A stretch of DNA of 62,758 nt, filler included, from Asterionella formosa (GCA_002256025.1; 24 parts of 24 records of this genome joined end to end with filler, not necessarily neighbours in it), one strand, 5' to 3'; positions 10,580 through 23,495 are shown, numbered from the whole stretch's first letter. Notes: a model not told the origin generated them from the letters alone. Made by a program: numbers and translations.

Positions 10580-12268
10580 TCAACTTGTACTACCTCGATG
10601 TTGCAGCATTCTTGCTTCGACAATAGCCGTGGATACTTCTTGTATCCGGCTATCCAAGTATGCCTCTCTAAGTTGGCGTTCCTTTAAGACGTTCTCGCAC
10701 TCTTTTATCGATTTCTGCAGTTCACATTGTTCCTGGTCTATCGCGGCAATCGCATCATCATGAACTTTTATTTTTTGCTCTTCAGCCCGCAGTAAATTTC
10801 GTTGTTGAACAAACAAACGTTTCCAGTAAGCCACCTCTCTGTCATGTTGTACCTGTTCTTGTCTCTGCATTAATTGCTCTCTATTAAGTATGGGTGGTGG
10901 TTTCTTTCGTTGCTGCAAGCTTTTTTTGAGTTTTAATGTCATTCGTTTCAATTCAAGTTTCTTCTTTAGAAGTTCTACGTTCATGTCAACGACTTGTTTC
11001 TTTTTGGTTTGTAGGTGCTGATCTGAGGATTGATCTGATGTCTGATCTAAGGTATGATCAGAGTGTTGATCTGAGTGCTGATCGAAGGTATGACCGCTTT
11101 CACTGTCGTCACTCGTTTCGTCGCCGTCGTGTTGAACATTGACAGGTTCTATCCATCGCACCTGTTCTGGTGGTCCCGATTGGCTAATGTTTTCAATCAC
11201 CAAGTGATGATGATGATGGTTGCGAAGGGCCATTACTAATTTTTCCTTGGCTTTCATCAGTTTTGCTCTAACTTGTTCCATTTGTATAGCCTTATTGTCA
11301 GACAATTGTGTAGGTGGTGACTGATAATTCCTTCTCTTGGTTCTCAATGCTTCCAATCGCTTTTTGGTATGATCAGCTTTGGTCCTCTCAGTAGTAACAA
11401 TCAATTCATTATCCGCCTTTTTGGCAGGCAACGTTGGTAAATCCGAGTACAAAACGTCTTGTTCCATGTCGGAAGAAGGAGATTCTTGTGGCGGCATCAC
11501 CGGCTGTTTCAATGGATCAGTACTATCCACCATTAGCGCCTGCTGACTCCCAGAAGCACTAGTAGGAGTAACATCAACCTGTGCAGCAGTTGCAGCAGCA
11601 TCTCCATCAGACTCTTCCATATCAGACGTTGATGATGTTCTCTGATTTCGAGCATATTTGGGAGGTGGTGGTGGAGGAGGAGGGGGCGGTGGCAGCGGAA
11701 AAGGAGGACTGAGCCACTGCATCGTTGGGTACGTAGTAAGAACTGTGGCGTCATGTTGATACTGTTGACTCAGTGATGGTAAAGGAGCAGTAGCAGTAGC
11801 AGTCGTATTATTAACATTGCTATTAGTAACCGCCTCCATTGACATGGGAAACTGATTCTGCCAATCTTGCATTGGTGACGAGTTCCATAATGGCGTTGAT
11901 GGTGGTGGTGGTGGTGGTGGTGGTTGTTGATACGCGTGCCTCCATACTTCTTGTTGCTTTTGAGCTACTCCCACCACTACTCGTGGGTTCCACCCCAACT
12001 GTTGTATGACATGGTGCTGCTGTCGTTGTTGTTGTTGAAAACGTCGTTGTCGTGTTGCATCGTCGACATCTTTTGAAATGTTCCATCTACCAGCGGTGGC
12101 GGTAGTGCTATTCCATCGCCCGCTGTTGTTGTTGCTGTTGCTGACTGTCATGACTTGCTCTTTTGCCGAAGCTCTTCTATGCGAGCAAGTGAGGATGGTA
12201 TGTGTGGGATCTGATACACGAAGTAACTTCGACACAATTACTGTCTCGTCCGATTCGTCTTTCTCCAT
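10580..12268 (-). CDS. Hypothetical Pro/Gln-rich protein with C-terminal coiled coil
   Basis: 562-aa ORF with poly-P/Q tracts and a heptad-like K/E/Q/L C-terminus; family not recognised. Confidence 0.7.
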   Translation of the reverse strand: MEKDESDETVIVSKLLRVSDPTHTILTCSHRRASAKEQVMTVSNSNNNSGRWNSTTATAGRWNISKDVDDATRQRRFQQQQRQQHHVIQQLGWNPRVVVGVAQKQQEVWRHAYQQPPPPPPPPSTPLWNSSPMQDWQNQFPMSMEAVTNSNVNNTTATATAPLPSLSQQYQHDATVLTTYPTMQWLSPPFPLPPPPPPPPPPPKYARNQRTSSTSDMEESDGDAAATAAQVDVTPTSASGSQQALMVDSTDPLKQPVMPPQESPSSDMEQDVLYSDLPTLPAKKADNELIVTTERTKADHTKKRLEALRTKRRNYQSPPTQLSDNKAIQMEQVRAKLMKAKEKLVMALRNHHHHHLVIENISQSGPPEQVRWIEPVNVQHDGDETSDDSESGHTFDQHSDQHSDHTLDQTSDQSSDQHLQTKKKQVVDMNVELLKKKLELKRMTLKLKKSLQQRKKPPPILNREQLMQRQEQVQHDREVAYWKRLFVQQRNLLRAEEQKIKVHDDAIAAIDQEQCELQKSIKECENVLKERQLREAYLDSRIQEVSTAIVEARMLQHRGSTS

Positions 12269-14227
12269 CTGTAGTGATCAGTTAGTTAGTAGTTCGTGTC
12301 GCTCCATGTGTCCTTTGCTAGAATAGACTAAAATCGCGCCATCGAATAATAGAATAGCGTGCCAAGAAAAAGCTAAATTATCGCAAATGGCTTTCTGAAT
12401 TCGTTGCTAATAAGAAACGTGTCCAGTTCCCAAACTCCGGATTTAGTTCCATCCTATCTCCGGGTTTTGCGGCAGTCGAGATGTGCTTTGCCATGGGAGG
12501 GAAGTGGGTGATTTTAAACTATAAATTGCGAAAGGCTTTGCGATGTTTAGACTGTTTCTTTTAGCTGGCTTCAAAGAATTGTGTGCTTCACACATGTACC
12601 AATCTTACTACAAATGATAACCTCACGTGCTGGCTGGTTATTATCTTTCACCCTTACTATATAGCTCATGACTCCTTGGTTGTTCGATTCAACTCTAAAG
12701 CTAGAACTTAATAGTCACGTCATCGCTATATTAATATCTCAGCTTTGAATCCTTTGACTTGATTTGCAAGGTTTATTCCTTATGATGTTTGTGTGTCCTG
12801 GCCCATTGCCTCCATCCTTGTCTGTTATGATAGTATCAAAGCACAAGGAGGCAAGTAGGAGAACCTCTCCCTGTATGTATATATACTGGTAATATGACCG
12901 TAAAATGCTTTCTTATCATTCTGTCTGATTCTGGTCTGAATTGAGTCATTCCTGATTGATTCTAAAATGATGCCCTCCAAAGCAATGTCTGACTTAAACA
13001 TGTCAACAACATCCACCAAAGACTACTTGTACTATCTGAAAACCTAAACCANNNNNNNNNNNNNNNNNNNNNNNNNNNNNNNNNNNNNNNNNNNNTTAAT
13101 TAATTAANNNNNNNNNNNNNNNNNNNNNNNNNNNNNNNNNNNNNNNNNNNNATAGTCATCAACTAATATTTGCCATGCCATCAGGGACATACGGAAAACG
13201 TGCTTGGCTTGTACACATGGAAGAGAATTTTTGATACATGTTTTAGAATTCGACGCAAAAACTAAAAGCGTTATACGTTAATGTCCTTTGGGATGGGCCG
13301 GCGGGGGCAAAATGCATGCACGCCAGCCTTCCCACCAAGGAAACTTTTAACTTAAGCAGGAAGCTGACCTCATGCTGAAACTTAAGCAGCAAATGTCAAT
13401 CTTGCTTAAACTTAATCAGCAAACAAACTTCTAAGTACATTAGGGTTAGGGGATATCTTTTTCAGTCTACTGGTACCTGATAGCAGCATAGAGGGGAGCT
13501 AAGAACGCAATGACAGTGTTCAGAAGTAAAATTCTCCCGGAAAACCCAAGTGGTTTTGTCAGCCTATCGACTGTGATATATGATGACAAAAATACCGGCA
13601 TATCTAATGAAAAATGTAAAATGTTTTTAATAGACTAGCTACCGGTACTTTTTACAAATAAAATAGTATGATTTCTGTATGGGAATTAGTTAGTAGTTTT
13701 TATAGCAATTGTGGACTCAATTGAAATGTACCCTGAGTATAATGACTTGGTGGTGGAAACATCAATATGACAATGATGATTACATGGTGATCCAACTATT
13801 CTAAACAGATAAATAGTGAATTATAAATCAATTTTTGTTTTGGGCCTGATCCCTTGTAGACAATGGAGCATTGTAGAACGGCGCATATGTACAAATAATA
13901 AGTTTTCAATGTGACAACGAGGCATCAAGATATCATCATCGTCGTCAAGCCCACTTGTGGGTTTCCGATTTCACTGTTTCTGTTACATCTGAACAAATCT
14001 AGTAGCTACAAAGTTTAGCTATTTTTAGCCTATATTAAATTGTTTATTTAAGCAAAATGGCTGCAACTTGCAGGTCCCTTGCAATTTGTTGCGGTAATTG
14101 TGCTGAAACTAAAACATTAGCTTTTTTAATCTTTTATGTTAAATTGTTTATTGAAGCAACTTGCTCTGGTACCGCTACCAGGTAATGGGAATCCAAACCC
14201 AACTTCCTGGAGTGACATACCTGCGTA

Positions 14228-15678
14228 CCGTAAAACCTGGTGTCTCGTACCCCTCAATGTACACAGCCACGACTGATTTTACTTAGAGGGGAGTACAAAA
14301 CATTGGAACTTTTTTGATTGTCAAACTTTTATGAAAAAACCAACTTCACCACCGTTTTCTCCATAGTCTAAAACATAAATAGCAACATTAAAAGATATAT
14401 TGTTTTAGGTTCAATCGGCTTCGAGGATCAATTGAATTTCTATTTTTGGAGCACTGGCGCGCCCGAATTTCGTCATGACTTCAACAGAAATTTCTAGAGT
14501 GTATACAATTTGTACCTGATTCTACGATGTAATAAATTGTGTAGGTTCTACAAACCTAATCGTGATAGAAATTAAGGTTAGCCAACCAAATCATTTTCTA
14601 CGGAATCATCAGCATGACAACGAAAAAGGCAAAAGAAAAATATTGTTGCGGAAGCATACAGCAAGCCCAACAATATCAAGGCAACCGCCAGAGCATATTT
14701 GGTTCAGCCAAAGCAGATCCGGAGCTGGAAGTCCATGCTGGATGGTGCAATGGTTGTGGTTCCGGCGGAGGTGGCGGAGATTCCTCTGCAGGAAGAAGGT
14801 GTGATTCAGAGGCAGGTGTTGATGAAAAAAATCGCTCACCCGGGCCGCTCTCCAAAAAGTGCTGCTGATTTCGAAGGATTGAAGACTCTTTTTGACCAGT
14901 TGCGGCTTCAAGATAGGGCCTGCACCACCAGGATGCTCAGTGTTGAGCTTAAGAGGCAACCTGGGAACGAAAATGTGTCGCTGAAGGCACTTGAAAAACG
15001 GATCAAGCGCTGGCTTGCCCGTGAGGACATTGTCATTAGGCGTGTGACTCGTGTCGCCCAAAATACAAGGCTGGATCAGGAGACAATTCAAGATTTTGTT
15101 TCCTACGTCAACAATCAAATTGCTGCGTTCGAATATTCTGCTGGAAACATTGTCAATATTGATGAGACAAACATCAATTTTGACATGTTTGGATCAAAGA
15201 CTTTGGCAACCCGAGGCGAAAGGACCATTGGGCTTCGAACAACAGGAAATTCGAATCGTTGCACTGTGTTGTTAGGGGTGACAATGAGTGGTGAGAAGTT
15301 GCCACCATTCATTGTATTTACAGGAACAAGGGATGGACGTATTTCCAGGCAATTGGGATTACTAGACAACAATCAACAACTTTTTCCGGTCAGTATTAAA
15401 TACGCTTGTCAACCCAAAGCTTGGGTTGATACAGACATATTTTTACAATGGATCGAAAAAGTTTGGCAACCATTTGCGTTGGGAAAAGGCGGTGAGCCTA
15501 CTCACCTTCTTATGGATGATTTTACTGTCCACAAGGTAGGACGTTGTGTTGATGCAATTAAAAATTGCGGCACTGAGATTGATTTCGTCCTCCCAGGCTA
15601 CACATCTAGACTTCAAGTGTTGGATGTAGGAGTTAATAAGCCCTTCAAGGACTACATGAGAGGATATTGGGAAGACTA
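14228..15678 (+). mobile_element. pogo/Tc2-type DNA transposon, left part (TIR plus transposase)
   Basis: TA|CCGTAAAACCTGGTGTCTCGTACCCC at 14226-14253 is the inverted match of 59568-59597; followed by the transposase. Confidence 0.9.
14618..15678 (+). CDS. pogo-family DDE_1 transposase (HTH + CENP-B-like HTH + DD35D), 3'-truncated by the contig end
   Basis: NIDET, VLLGVTMSGEKLPPFIVF, QPKAWVD, LMDDF-x-LQVLDVGVNKPFK; 35 residues between second and third Asp; frame open back to 14618 (QKKNIVAEAY..NIKATARAYLVQPKQIRSW). Confidence 0.92.
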
Positions 15679-15778
15679 NNNNNNNNNNNNNNNNNNNNNN
15701 NNNNNNNNNNNNNNNNNNNNNNTTAATTAATTAANNNNNNNNNNNNNNNNNNNNNNNNNNNNNNNNNNNNNNNNNNNN

Positions 15779-16053
15779 TCTTGCCAATCTTGGCTATTCC
15801 AGATAGTTGTTGTCCGCTCCGAATCAAGAAGCCGACGGGCAATGGTAGTCCATGAATCATCAATAGTAATCAGAGATAATGAAAGCCAACGTCGTGATGG
15901 TCGATATGGATGAATAGTGTTACATGGATATGATTGCAGTAGCGGAAGAAGGACGAAGCCAACATGTGAAGAGGCATTTTCTGATTTGTTGCAGATACTA
16001 CTACCTTTGACACCATTGCTTCTTCTTCTACATGCCCACAACAGCAGTCTCAT
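15779..16053 (-). CDS. Possible 5' end of a gene, running off the contig
   Basis: ATG-started open frame, Arg/Ser-rich; no recognisable domain. Confidence 0.3.
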
Positions 16054-16293
16054 TGTGTGAAAAGTAGAATAGTACAATGATGTAGTAACTACTGGAGAGT
16101 ATTCCGGAGTGTATTATGATTATAGAGATAATTGTACGGTACTCAGTGAGACGGCGAGGTAATGTCGTATGTACGGCAATATAGGAATCTACCGGTATGA
16201 TACCGTTTCATACATTAGATTGCATTGATTTCGGGTTGATGTGGTATTTTTTTAACATTTGCTTTTCTGATCAGTTGATGTACCGGTACTGTA

Positions 16294-18301
16294 CCAGTCA
16301 AAAACTGCTTAAGACCACTATGAACTGCTTAGACCACTATAACGGGGTAATCTTACTTTTTATACTACAAACTTTTTCAATTTTACCAATATGACAATAT
16401 TTACTATGAACAAGTTATTTGTTTCATGCATCTATATATAGGATGTCTTGACGCCCGATCGATGTTGTGTTCCAGTTGTTGAGATAAACGACCACGAAAA
16501 TGTTGAGTGAGGCACATCGGAAGAAAATAAAATTACCTCGTTTAGCTGGGCCGACATTTTATCTTCATATACGATATTCTTTAAAGTTTTATACTCCAAA
16601 TTAATATAGCTTCCTTTAACGCTTTTCTTCAGTTGGATAATACTATGGCGCGATTGTGTGCAACATCCCAATATAAACATGCACGATAGTTCGAACCATA
16701 GAAATCGAGTGATTTTGTACTGTCAACATATGTACCGATATGCATCCTGAAATGCTCTTGAGACAATCAAAAAATACCACATCTATTTTCATATTTTCGG
16801 ATCTTTCTACCGGTACTTACCGGTAGTACTATTACGAACCGAAGATGCACCAAACCTCGAGCAAAGTACAGAGTTATGTAAGACTCTAGATAAGGAAATA
16901 GTAAAGCTTATTCTAAACAACATTGTTAGAGAACTAGAAGCTACAAAGGCTAACAATGGAGGAGTGTTACTATATGGTGCTATCACTAGATAAGAAGCAA
17001 ACAAATTTGGCAAAATTACGTGGCTAACAAACGACATGGTAAAGTACCATTTGAAGAAATTGAACAACAACAACAACAACAACACAGATCTAGTAGTAGG
17101 GGGTTTAAATTCTACAGTTCTATTGGATTACTCCCCAGCAAATCAAATTGAAACCAGCAGCATACTTACCTTTGCAACCAGAAACTCCACTACTGCATCC
17201 ACTTTGACAACAGTTACATTTAACTCAGATGAAAAAAGCAGTGTGAGAAACAATTATCTAACAGATAGACCTGATCAGCATGTTCAAGAGACTACCAGCA
17301 ACGCATTAAATGAGCAACCAACAAACTAATACACACTTCTTCAAGATGAAATACAACAGCCAGCAGGTTCAGCAACCCAGACAGAATTGAATGCCGCTAT
17401 CTCGACCATCCCACCAGCAGGACTGAATCTAAAGGAAGGTATCACCTGCACCCTTCTTGACAAAGTTATTGAATTCAGGAACAAAGAGGATTCAAGGAAT
17501 GACATCAATCTTGATAAGATGGCTTGCCAACGGAAGGAATCAGCGCTATGGCCAATCGCGCAAAATAGAAGGTAGACAGCAGGACTTCATGTGGCGGCTG
17601 GAAGCACTGGACGATATGACTAGGATGAAAAGAAGAGCAGAGGAGAGGAGAAGGATTGTGAGAAAGCGAATAAGAAAGTTATGAACTACACAGCAACATT
17701 GAACAAGGTGCAAGCGATCAGAGCGCTCAACAAACAGGAACACGAATGGACGGTGGCGCAAACAAAAACAATAGTGTCTTGGTACAAACAAGTTGGCGAT
17801 GCGCCATTACCTGCAACAAAACATCTAATGCTAACTTACCAGATACATTGATACATTGGGACGTGGCGATGAACCAGTCTCAGTTGCCGGAGCTATACCG
17901 CCACCAGCAGCCTCAGCTGAAGGGGACAACGAGGATGAAGTCGTGGTGAAAGAAGAGTGATTTGTGTGTTCCGCACAAAAAATCGACGTCATTTGACACA
18001 AGAAATTGGAGAAAATATGGAAAACGAGGTAATATTTCCTAACCGTTTACCATTAAAAAATATATATACATGATGAAAAATATATGAATGGCTTAAGACC
18101 ACTAAAATGCAAAATGAACGACTTAAAAAGTTCGATATCGCAAGATATATCCTTCCAATTGTTAAAATGATTCATTTATCTAGTACTTGCATGCATTAAT
18201 TGACCTATATTCAAAGGGTTTTAAATGGGGTCGGCTGAACATTTTTCTAATTTTAGTCCAAAAACGGGGTAATATAGTGGTCTTAAGCAGTTTTTGACTG
18301 G
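16294..18301 (+). mobile_element. Complete 2008-bp non-autonomous TA-target (Tc1/mariner-pogo superfamily) element
   Basis: Perfect 28-bp TIRs CCAGTCAAAAACTGCTTAAGACCACTAT (16294-16321 / 18274-18301), each flanked by TA; broken internal coding remnants; no DDE core seen. Confidence 0.9.
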
Positions 18302-19022
18302 TACCNNNNNNNNNNNNNNNNNNNNNNNNNNNNNNNNNNNNNNNNNNNNTTAATTAATTAANNNNNNNNNNNNNNNNNNNNNNNNNNNNNNNNNNNNNNN
18401 NNNNNTCGGAAGACCGATAGTTTGAAATGAATGATCATGGTTAAATACCTATGATCAGTAAGTGTGAGATAGACATGGGTCTATCTATGATTGTATGTTC
18501 CTAGAAATGCAAACAGCATTTGGAGAATAGTTCGTTTGTTTTTGTTCAAACAGAACAACCTAAACTAGATTAGTAAACTCACAATAAGAATATAGAAACG
18601 GAAAGAGAAACGAACGTCTCTATCTATAGTCTTCTTTGTCTAACGATATAGATCTATACAAAAGGTAATACTTTAACACACAGGAACGCAACAGCAACCA
18701 CGTCACTAATTGGTGATCAATCAGCCATACAGACGGTTTAAGAGAGTGAATTGATGACCTTTTCTATGTACATGAACGCCTGTCCTCCGCACGCACTTTG
18801 CTGGTACATCATGCTGTACATCTCAATTAAGAAGCCCTGGTACCAGGTACCAGGTACCGCGGCAGACCAACCACTTACGGTGCGGTACCGGTGGGTAGTA
18901 TTGTTCCCCCTTGTTTTGTTGCTTCAAGAAAGGACCCCCTCATCTCCGCCACTTATTTATAATTAAAGGACCCTGAATGAAACCCATAGGTATTTCATTT
19001 CAAAAGCAAGAAAGATCAAACC

Positions 19023-19850
19023 ATGAAGAAAGCGAATCAGAAGAAATTGGAGAAGGAAGAAGAAGTCGAAATTACTTTTGAAGTAAACAACGAGGAAGTA
19101 AACCACCATGAATCAGAGCTTGAAGGATGTGAAAGTGAGACAGAACGCGAGAACGGCAACGACGAAAAACAACAACAGCAAAAGAAGAAGAAAGCAATTC
19201 ACAAGCTGTCTCTGATCAAAACAGAAGACTTCAATGAAACACTCCGAAAACGAGGCGTACTGTATATTGCAAGAGTTCCCCCTCGAATGAACCCAACTAA
19301 AATTAAAGGACTCCTATCTGATTTTGGCGAAGTCACTCGCATCTATCTCGTCGAAGAAGATGCCAGCAACCGAAAGAGACGTCGTAAGAACGGAGGTTCG
19401 GGATCCAAACGATACACTGAAGGATGGGTAGAATTCGGTGAGAAGGCTATAGCCAAAAACGTCGCCAAGAACCTTAACAATTCGCCCATTTCCAATCATA
19501 AGCGAGATTATCACTGCGGTGATTTGTGGAACCTTAAATATCTATCCAAATTTCAATGGTCACACTTGACCGAGAAAGTGGCTTATGAACGCCGGGTACG
19601 AGAGCAAAAGCTCCGAGTAGAAATGATGCAAGCGAGACGAGAAAATGCTTCCTACATGCAATTGGTCGAGACAGGCAAGAAGTTGGACAAGATTGAAGAC
19701 AGAAAGCGCAAACGTCTCGCGAAAGAAGGCGGCGGTGACAGCAATGTCGCAACAGGAGAGCACCAAACAAGACGAAATCCAAAACAGACCAAAGTTTTTG
19801 AAGAAGGCAAGCATTCGACGAAGCGAGCTATTCTTTCGTCGTTGGTTTAA
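19023..19850 (+). CDS. ESF2: Pre-rRNA processing protein ESF2/ABT1
   Basis: [46 protein letters not shown]. Confidence 0.93.
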   Translation: MKKANQKKLEKEEEVEITFEVNNEEVNHHESELEGCESETERENGNDEKQQQQKKKKAIHKLSLIKTEDFNETLRKRGVLYIARVPPRMNPTKIKGLLSDFGEVTRIYLVEEDASNRKRRRKNGGSGSKRYTEGWVEFGEKAIAKNVAKNLNNSPISNHKRDYHCGDLWNLKYLSKFQWSHLTEKVAYERRVREQKLRVEMMQARRENASYMQLVETGKKLDKIEDRKRKRLAKEGGGDSNVATGEHQTRRNPKQTKVFEEGKHSTKRAILSSLV

Positions 19851-19912
19851 GGATATGGTCAAATCCAAGAATGTCTTCAACTCAATATTAGAGCAGTGCT
19901 TTCATAGAAAAT

Positions 19913-20680
19913 TCAATCATCATTTGCCATCCAACGTATTCTCTGCACACATAAGTATTCATTGCATACTCGTCGTCGAACCCATGGTAACATTTCTAGG
20001 CCACAAGCAGCAAACATAGTTTGCAACTCAACTGGCTTGTTGTCATCCACAGTGATAATAAAGGCCACTCCATTGGGCTTTTTGAGAAGCCGAGGAATCT
20101 GAGGAATTGCTCGGTCTACTACTCGTCGTCCGTGAATGCCTCCAGCCCAGCTGGCTTCAATGCCAGTACCTCCGACTTCCTCGTCTGGTGTGGGAACATA
20201 AGGAGGATTGAAAATAAGAATATCCACTTTTTGTTCAAGTGAATCAAGAATTCCACTTGCTAAATCACATAGGTGTGTGTTTAAGGGACCTACAGCATTC
20301 GCCAATGCGGTCTCTTGTGCTATTTGGAGCGCTACAGGATTGATGTCGGTAACATGGTGGATATGTTCTTGATCTGGATAGCGTTGTTGAAGTTCACTCG
20401 CCAAGTAAACAGTTGGCACACCAGTTCCACATCCGATCTCAACCGTTGTATATCCTTGTTCTGGACGAGTCTCTTCTTCTAATGCCAACAAGAGTCCATC
20501 CAAAAGCAGAAAAGTGTCATCGGAGGGTTCATACACAGCAGAGTAGTCCTTCATTTTCAAGTGCCCCATGAAAGGCATGTCAGCGGATGCCCCATTCTTT
20601 GCTCGTTCTAAGGCATCCTTATTGAAAGCGTCAAGTGAGGTCGGTTGGTTATAAGACCTCAGAGGGTGGAATTCTGCCAT
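19913..20680 (-). CDS. MTQ2: HemK2/N6AMT1/Mtq2 eRF1 methyltransferase catalytic subunit
   Basis: VYEPSDDTFLLLD, EIGCGTG, TDINP, FNPPYVPT, WAGG..GRRV; likely start is ATG 20680. Confidence 0.92.
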   Translation of the reverse strand: MAEFHPLRSYNQPTSLDAFNKDALERAKNGASADMPFMGHLKMKDYSAVYEPSDDTFLLLDGLLLALEEETRPEQGYTTVEIGCGTGVPTVYLASELQQRYPDQEHIHHVTDINPVALQIAQETALANAVGPLNTHLCDLASGILDSLEQKVDILIFNPPYVPTPDEEVGGTGIEASWAGGIHGRRVVDRAIPQIPRLLKKPNGVAFIITVDDNKPVELQTMFAACGLEMLPWVRRRVCNEYLCVQRIRWMANDD

Positions 20681-21032
20681 TATGCTGGTTTCAAGAGTCC
20701 GAAAAGCAAAAGAATTGATAGAAATTGTATGTAGTGGATGTGGTTTTGAAAATTCATTGCTCCGCATCTGGTCCTCGTGTTGGTATATACCGGTATATGT
20801 ATAGCTGTTGGAGAAAATATTTTAGGAAAGAAAATCCCGGTATAAATTACCTACTACATATTGAATCGAATGAATCAAGAAAGAATATGGTCCCAGAGAA
20901 TTCGAAAACAATCTACGCCAACAGTAAAAACCNNNNNNNNNNNNNNNNNNNNNNNNNNNNNNNNNNNNNNNNNNNNTTAATTAATTAANNNNNNNNNNNN
21001 NNNNNNNNNNNNNNNNNNNNNNNNNNNNNNNN

Positions 21033-21495
21033 GTGGTCGGATTTTTGAATTTCTTGTGATCAAGCACTGTTCAATCAATGCAAATGGTACTTTTTTGAAA
21101 GGATTTTCGGCATTGAAGAAATGCAATCTCATTGAAATATTTCTTCCAAAGCAAGAGTTCTTTTCCCTTGATAGATACCCATTCCTCCAATATGTTGCCA
21201 GAAATTATGATTTAAATTTCCTGCAATTGATGTCATCTGGAAGTGTGGCAATAGTGTGTGTGGTGTCCAGGTACATGTTTCCAAACATCACAATGTACTG
21301 AAAAAGTTTACAGTAATGTGTAAAAAGGCGGGATGGCTTACAAAGCTCAAGACGATTTATTTGCTTTATTTAAGTCCTGATCAAAGTGTTGCTAACTCTG
21401 TTCAAAACCTTATTCCTAAAACACAGGGGCGAATCACAGTTGTTGCACTATGCAAGACCAGTAATACCCTGTCTCAAGACTCTACAATGGCCTAA
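21033..21495 (+). pseudogene. 3' end (REase-like domain) of a Crinkler-type gene, frameshifted
   Basis: Paralogous to 23080-23495 (NFPAIDVIWK...VQVHVSKHH). Confidence 0.6.
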
Positions 21496-21912
21496 ACCAA
21501 TGTAATGAAGAAAGATATTGTTTCAGAATTTGGGGTGCTAGGAGGGTAAGGGGAGCACGCCTTCTAAGGATCATGTACACATAGTGCTAAGGATCTATTC
21601 TAGAGTTTAGAGACCATTATAAACTGCTTAGACCACTATAACATTAGGATTGGGTTAGGGTCAAGGGATTCTGCCATGTAGGTGTCATCGCTATGCAGCA
21701 CCCAGCACTTCTAGGGAGATGGGTGTTACATGAGCACATGATACAACTAACCCAAGGGCTATTATTATCAATTTTCATTGTGCATCACTTAATTTGAAAT
21801 TTTTTGGAAAATGTATCATCAACGATAACTCGATTTGAACCAAAGTTCATCCATTCCAAACATGAGACTGTATCACTATTTTGTGATCACAGTGTATTAT
21901 CATAGAGAGCTT

Positions 21913-23495
21913 ACTTTTGAACCTACTTTACCTCCGTCTGATGATCCTTTATCTCCTTCTGATCCTATTGGGCCCGTCTTTTCCCCTGACGATTCTTACT
22001 GGATGAATGGGCTCCAAAAAGTGCGGTTTGATGATTGCAAGAGTCGGGGAATCTTATATCGCCCTGAAATTGTGAAGGCAATGTTAAAAGCGGTTGAAGA
22101 TGCCTTCAAAAAAGGTGGTCCGGCTGGAATCATGATTAAGGGACCGCATGGAATTGGCAAGTCGCACTCACTTGTCAACTTGGTTCGTACGCTGCAATAT
22201 GACAGTAGCTGCAAGTACCTCGTAACTATGATTTCAGACTGTCAACGATGGGGCGACGTTGACGATTTGTATACTGCGATCTGCAGTTCATTTGGTACTT
22301 CATTATCTGCTCCTCTCTCGTGGTCGAGCAGCTCAGCTTTGGTTTCGCAATCGAAACACCTCAATACTTTTGTCAATGGCGTGGACTTGATTCTTCGACG
22401 TATGAAGTAGAAATGGGTCCTGGTATTCGATCAGATCAACAGATTGTTTACTCGATTCACTACAGTGGATGTCAAAGATCTGGGTTCGCTTCCCTTTCCT
22501 TTTAAGATCATCATTGATATAATGCAGGGAGGCCACATTGTCTCCATCATTTCAGCTTCAGCAAACAACGAGGTTGCCTACATAGAAAGGCATTCAGGCT
22601 TTGAGGAATACAATCACCCTTGCAAAATGGATTTTGACGAAATAAAGCTCGCCTTTGAAGAAGTATCTACACTGAATGACTGCGAAAAAGTTTTGAAGGT
22701 GACTGGTGGGGTACCCTGGCAGGTGAAGAAATTGATTTCCTTTACCCTTTCTATCGATGATTATGAAGAGGCTGAATTGTGCACAATTCTGAGATCTTCT
22801 TGACAATTTGAAGGAAACGAAATCGTAAACGAAATTTGATCGTATCACCTTATCTGCGGTTTATTGTGTTTTGTTAACCATAGTAGATGAAAAAGAATAT
22901 GACAGGAAGTATTCAATTCCTGGTAAGATGGAACATGCTGATCACTATGAGCCTTTGTTTCCTATGGTGATAGTAGCCTATCGACGTTACTTTTGGAAGG
23001 CTATCATGGCTTTTGCCCATGAACACGAGCAATTACTTTTGTGTGTCTGTGCCAACCCTAGTCTGACAAATGATGCTCGTGATCGGATATTCTAACTCAT
23101 TGTGATTATTCGCTGTTCACTCAATGCAAATGTTACTTTGGAGGGATTTCTTTCTTTGAAAAAATGCAATCTCATTGAAACCTTTCCCTCCGAGGGGACC
23201 TTTCCCTTCAAATGAGTTGCCAAAAGTCATGGATAAGGATGGAATGTATGTACCCCAAAAACTGCAATTTTGCTGCAATTGATCTGATCTGGAAGTCTGG
23301 AAAAAAGGTGTGTGGTGTCCTGGTACATACTTCCAATCACCACAATTTGTTGGAAAAGTTCAATGTGTGCAACGGCTGGAACAAAGCATTGCTGATTCTG
23401 TTCAAAGCAATGTTCCTCAAACACAGGTGCCAATCACAGTTGTTGCACTATGCAAAAGCAGCATACCCTGTCTCACTAGTTTACAATGGCCATAA
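21913..23495 (+). pseudogene. Crinkler-type P-loop NTPase + restriction-endonuclease-fold gene, pseudogenised
   Basis: Walker A IMIKGPHGIGKSHSL, Walker B-like WVLVFDQIN, TGGVP motif, PKNCNFAAIDLIW...VHTSNHH; in-frame stops at 22408 and 22801; close paralog of 49813-50150. Confidence 0.75.

Noticed and set aside
13440..13451. TTAGGGTTAGGG, with degenerate versions at ~21643-21667 and ~51665
   Set aside because: Two units at most and internal; not a telomere
14609..15372. Antisense ORFs inside the transposase, conserved in both copies
   Set aside because: Conservation only reflects near-identical DNA; no domain features
19023..20680. Tight convergent ESF2-MTQ2 pair as a functional cluster
   Set aside because: Short intergenic distances are normal in compact algal genomes; no evidence of co-regulation
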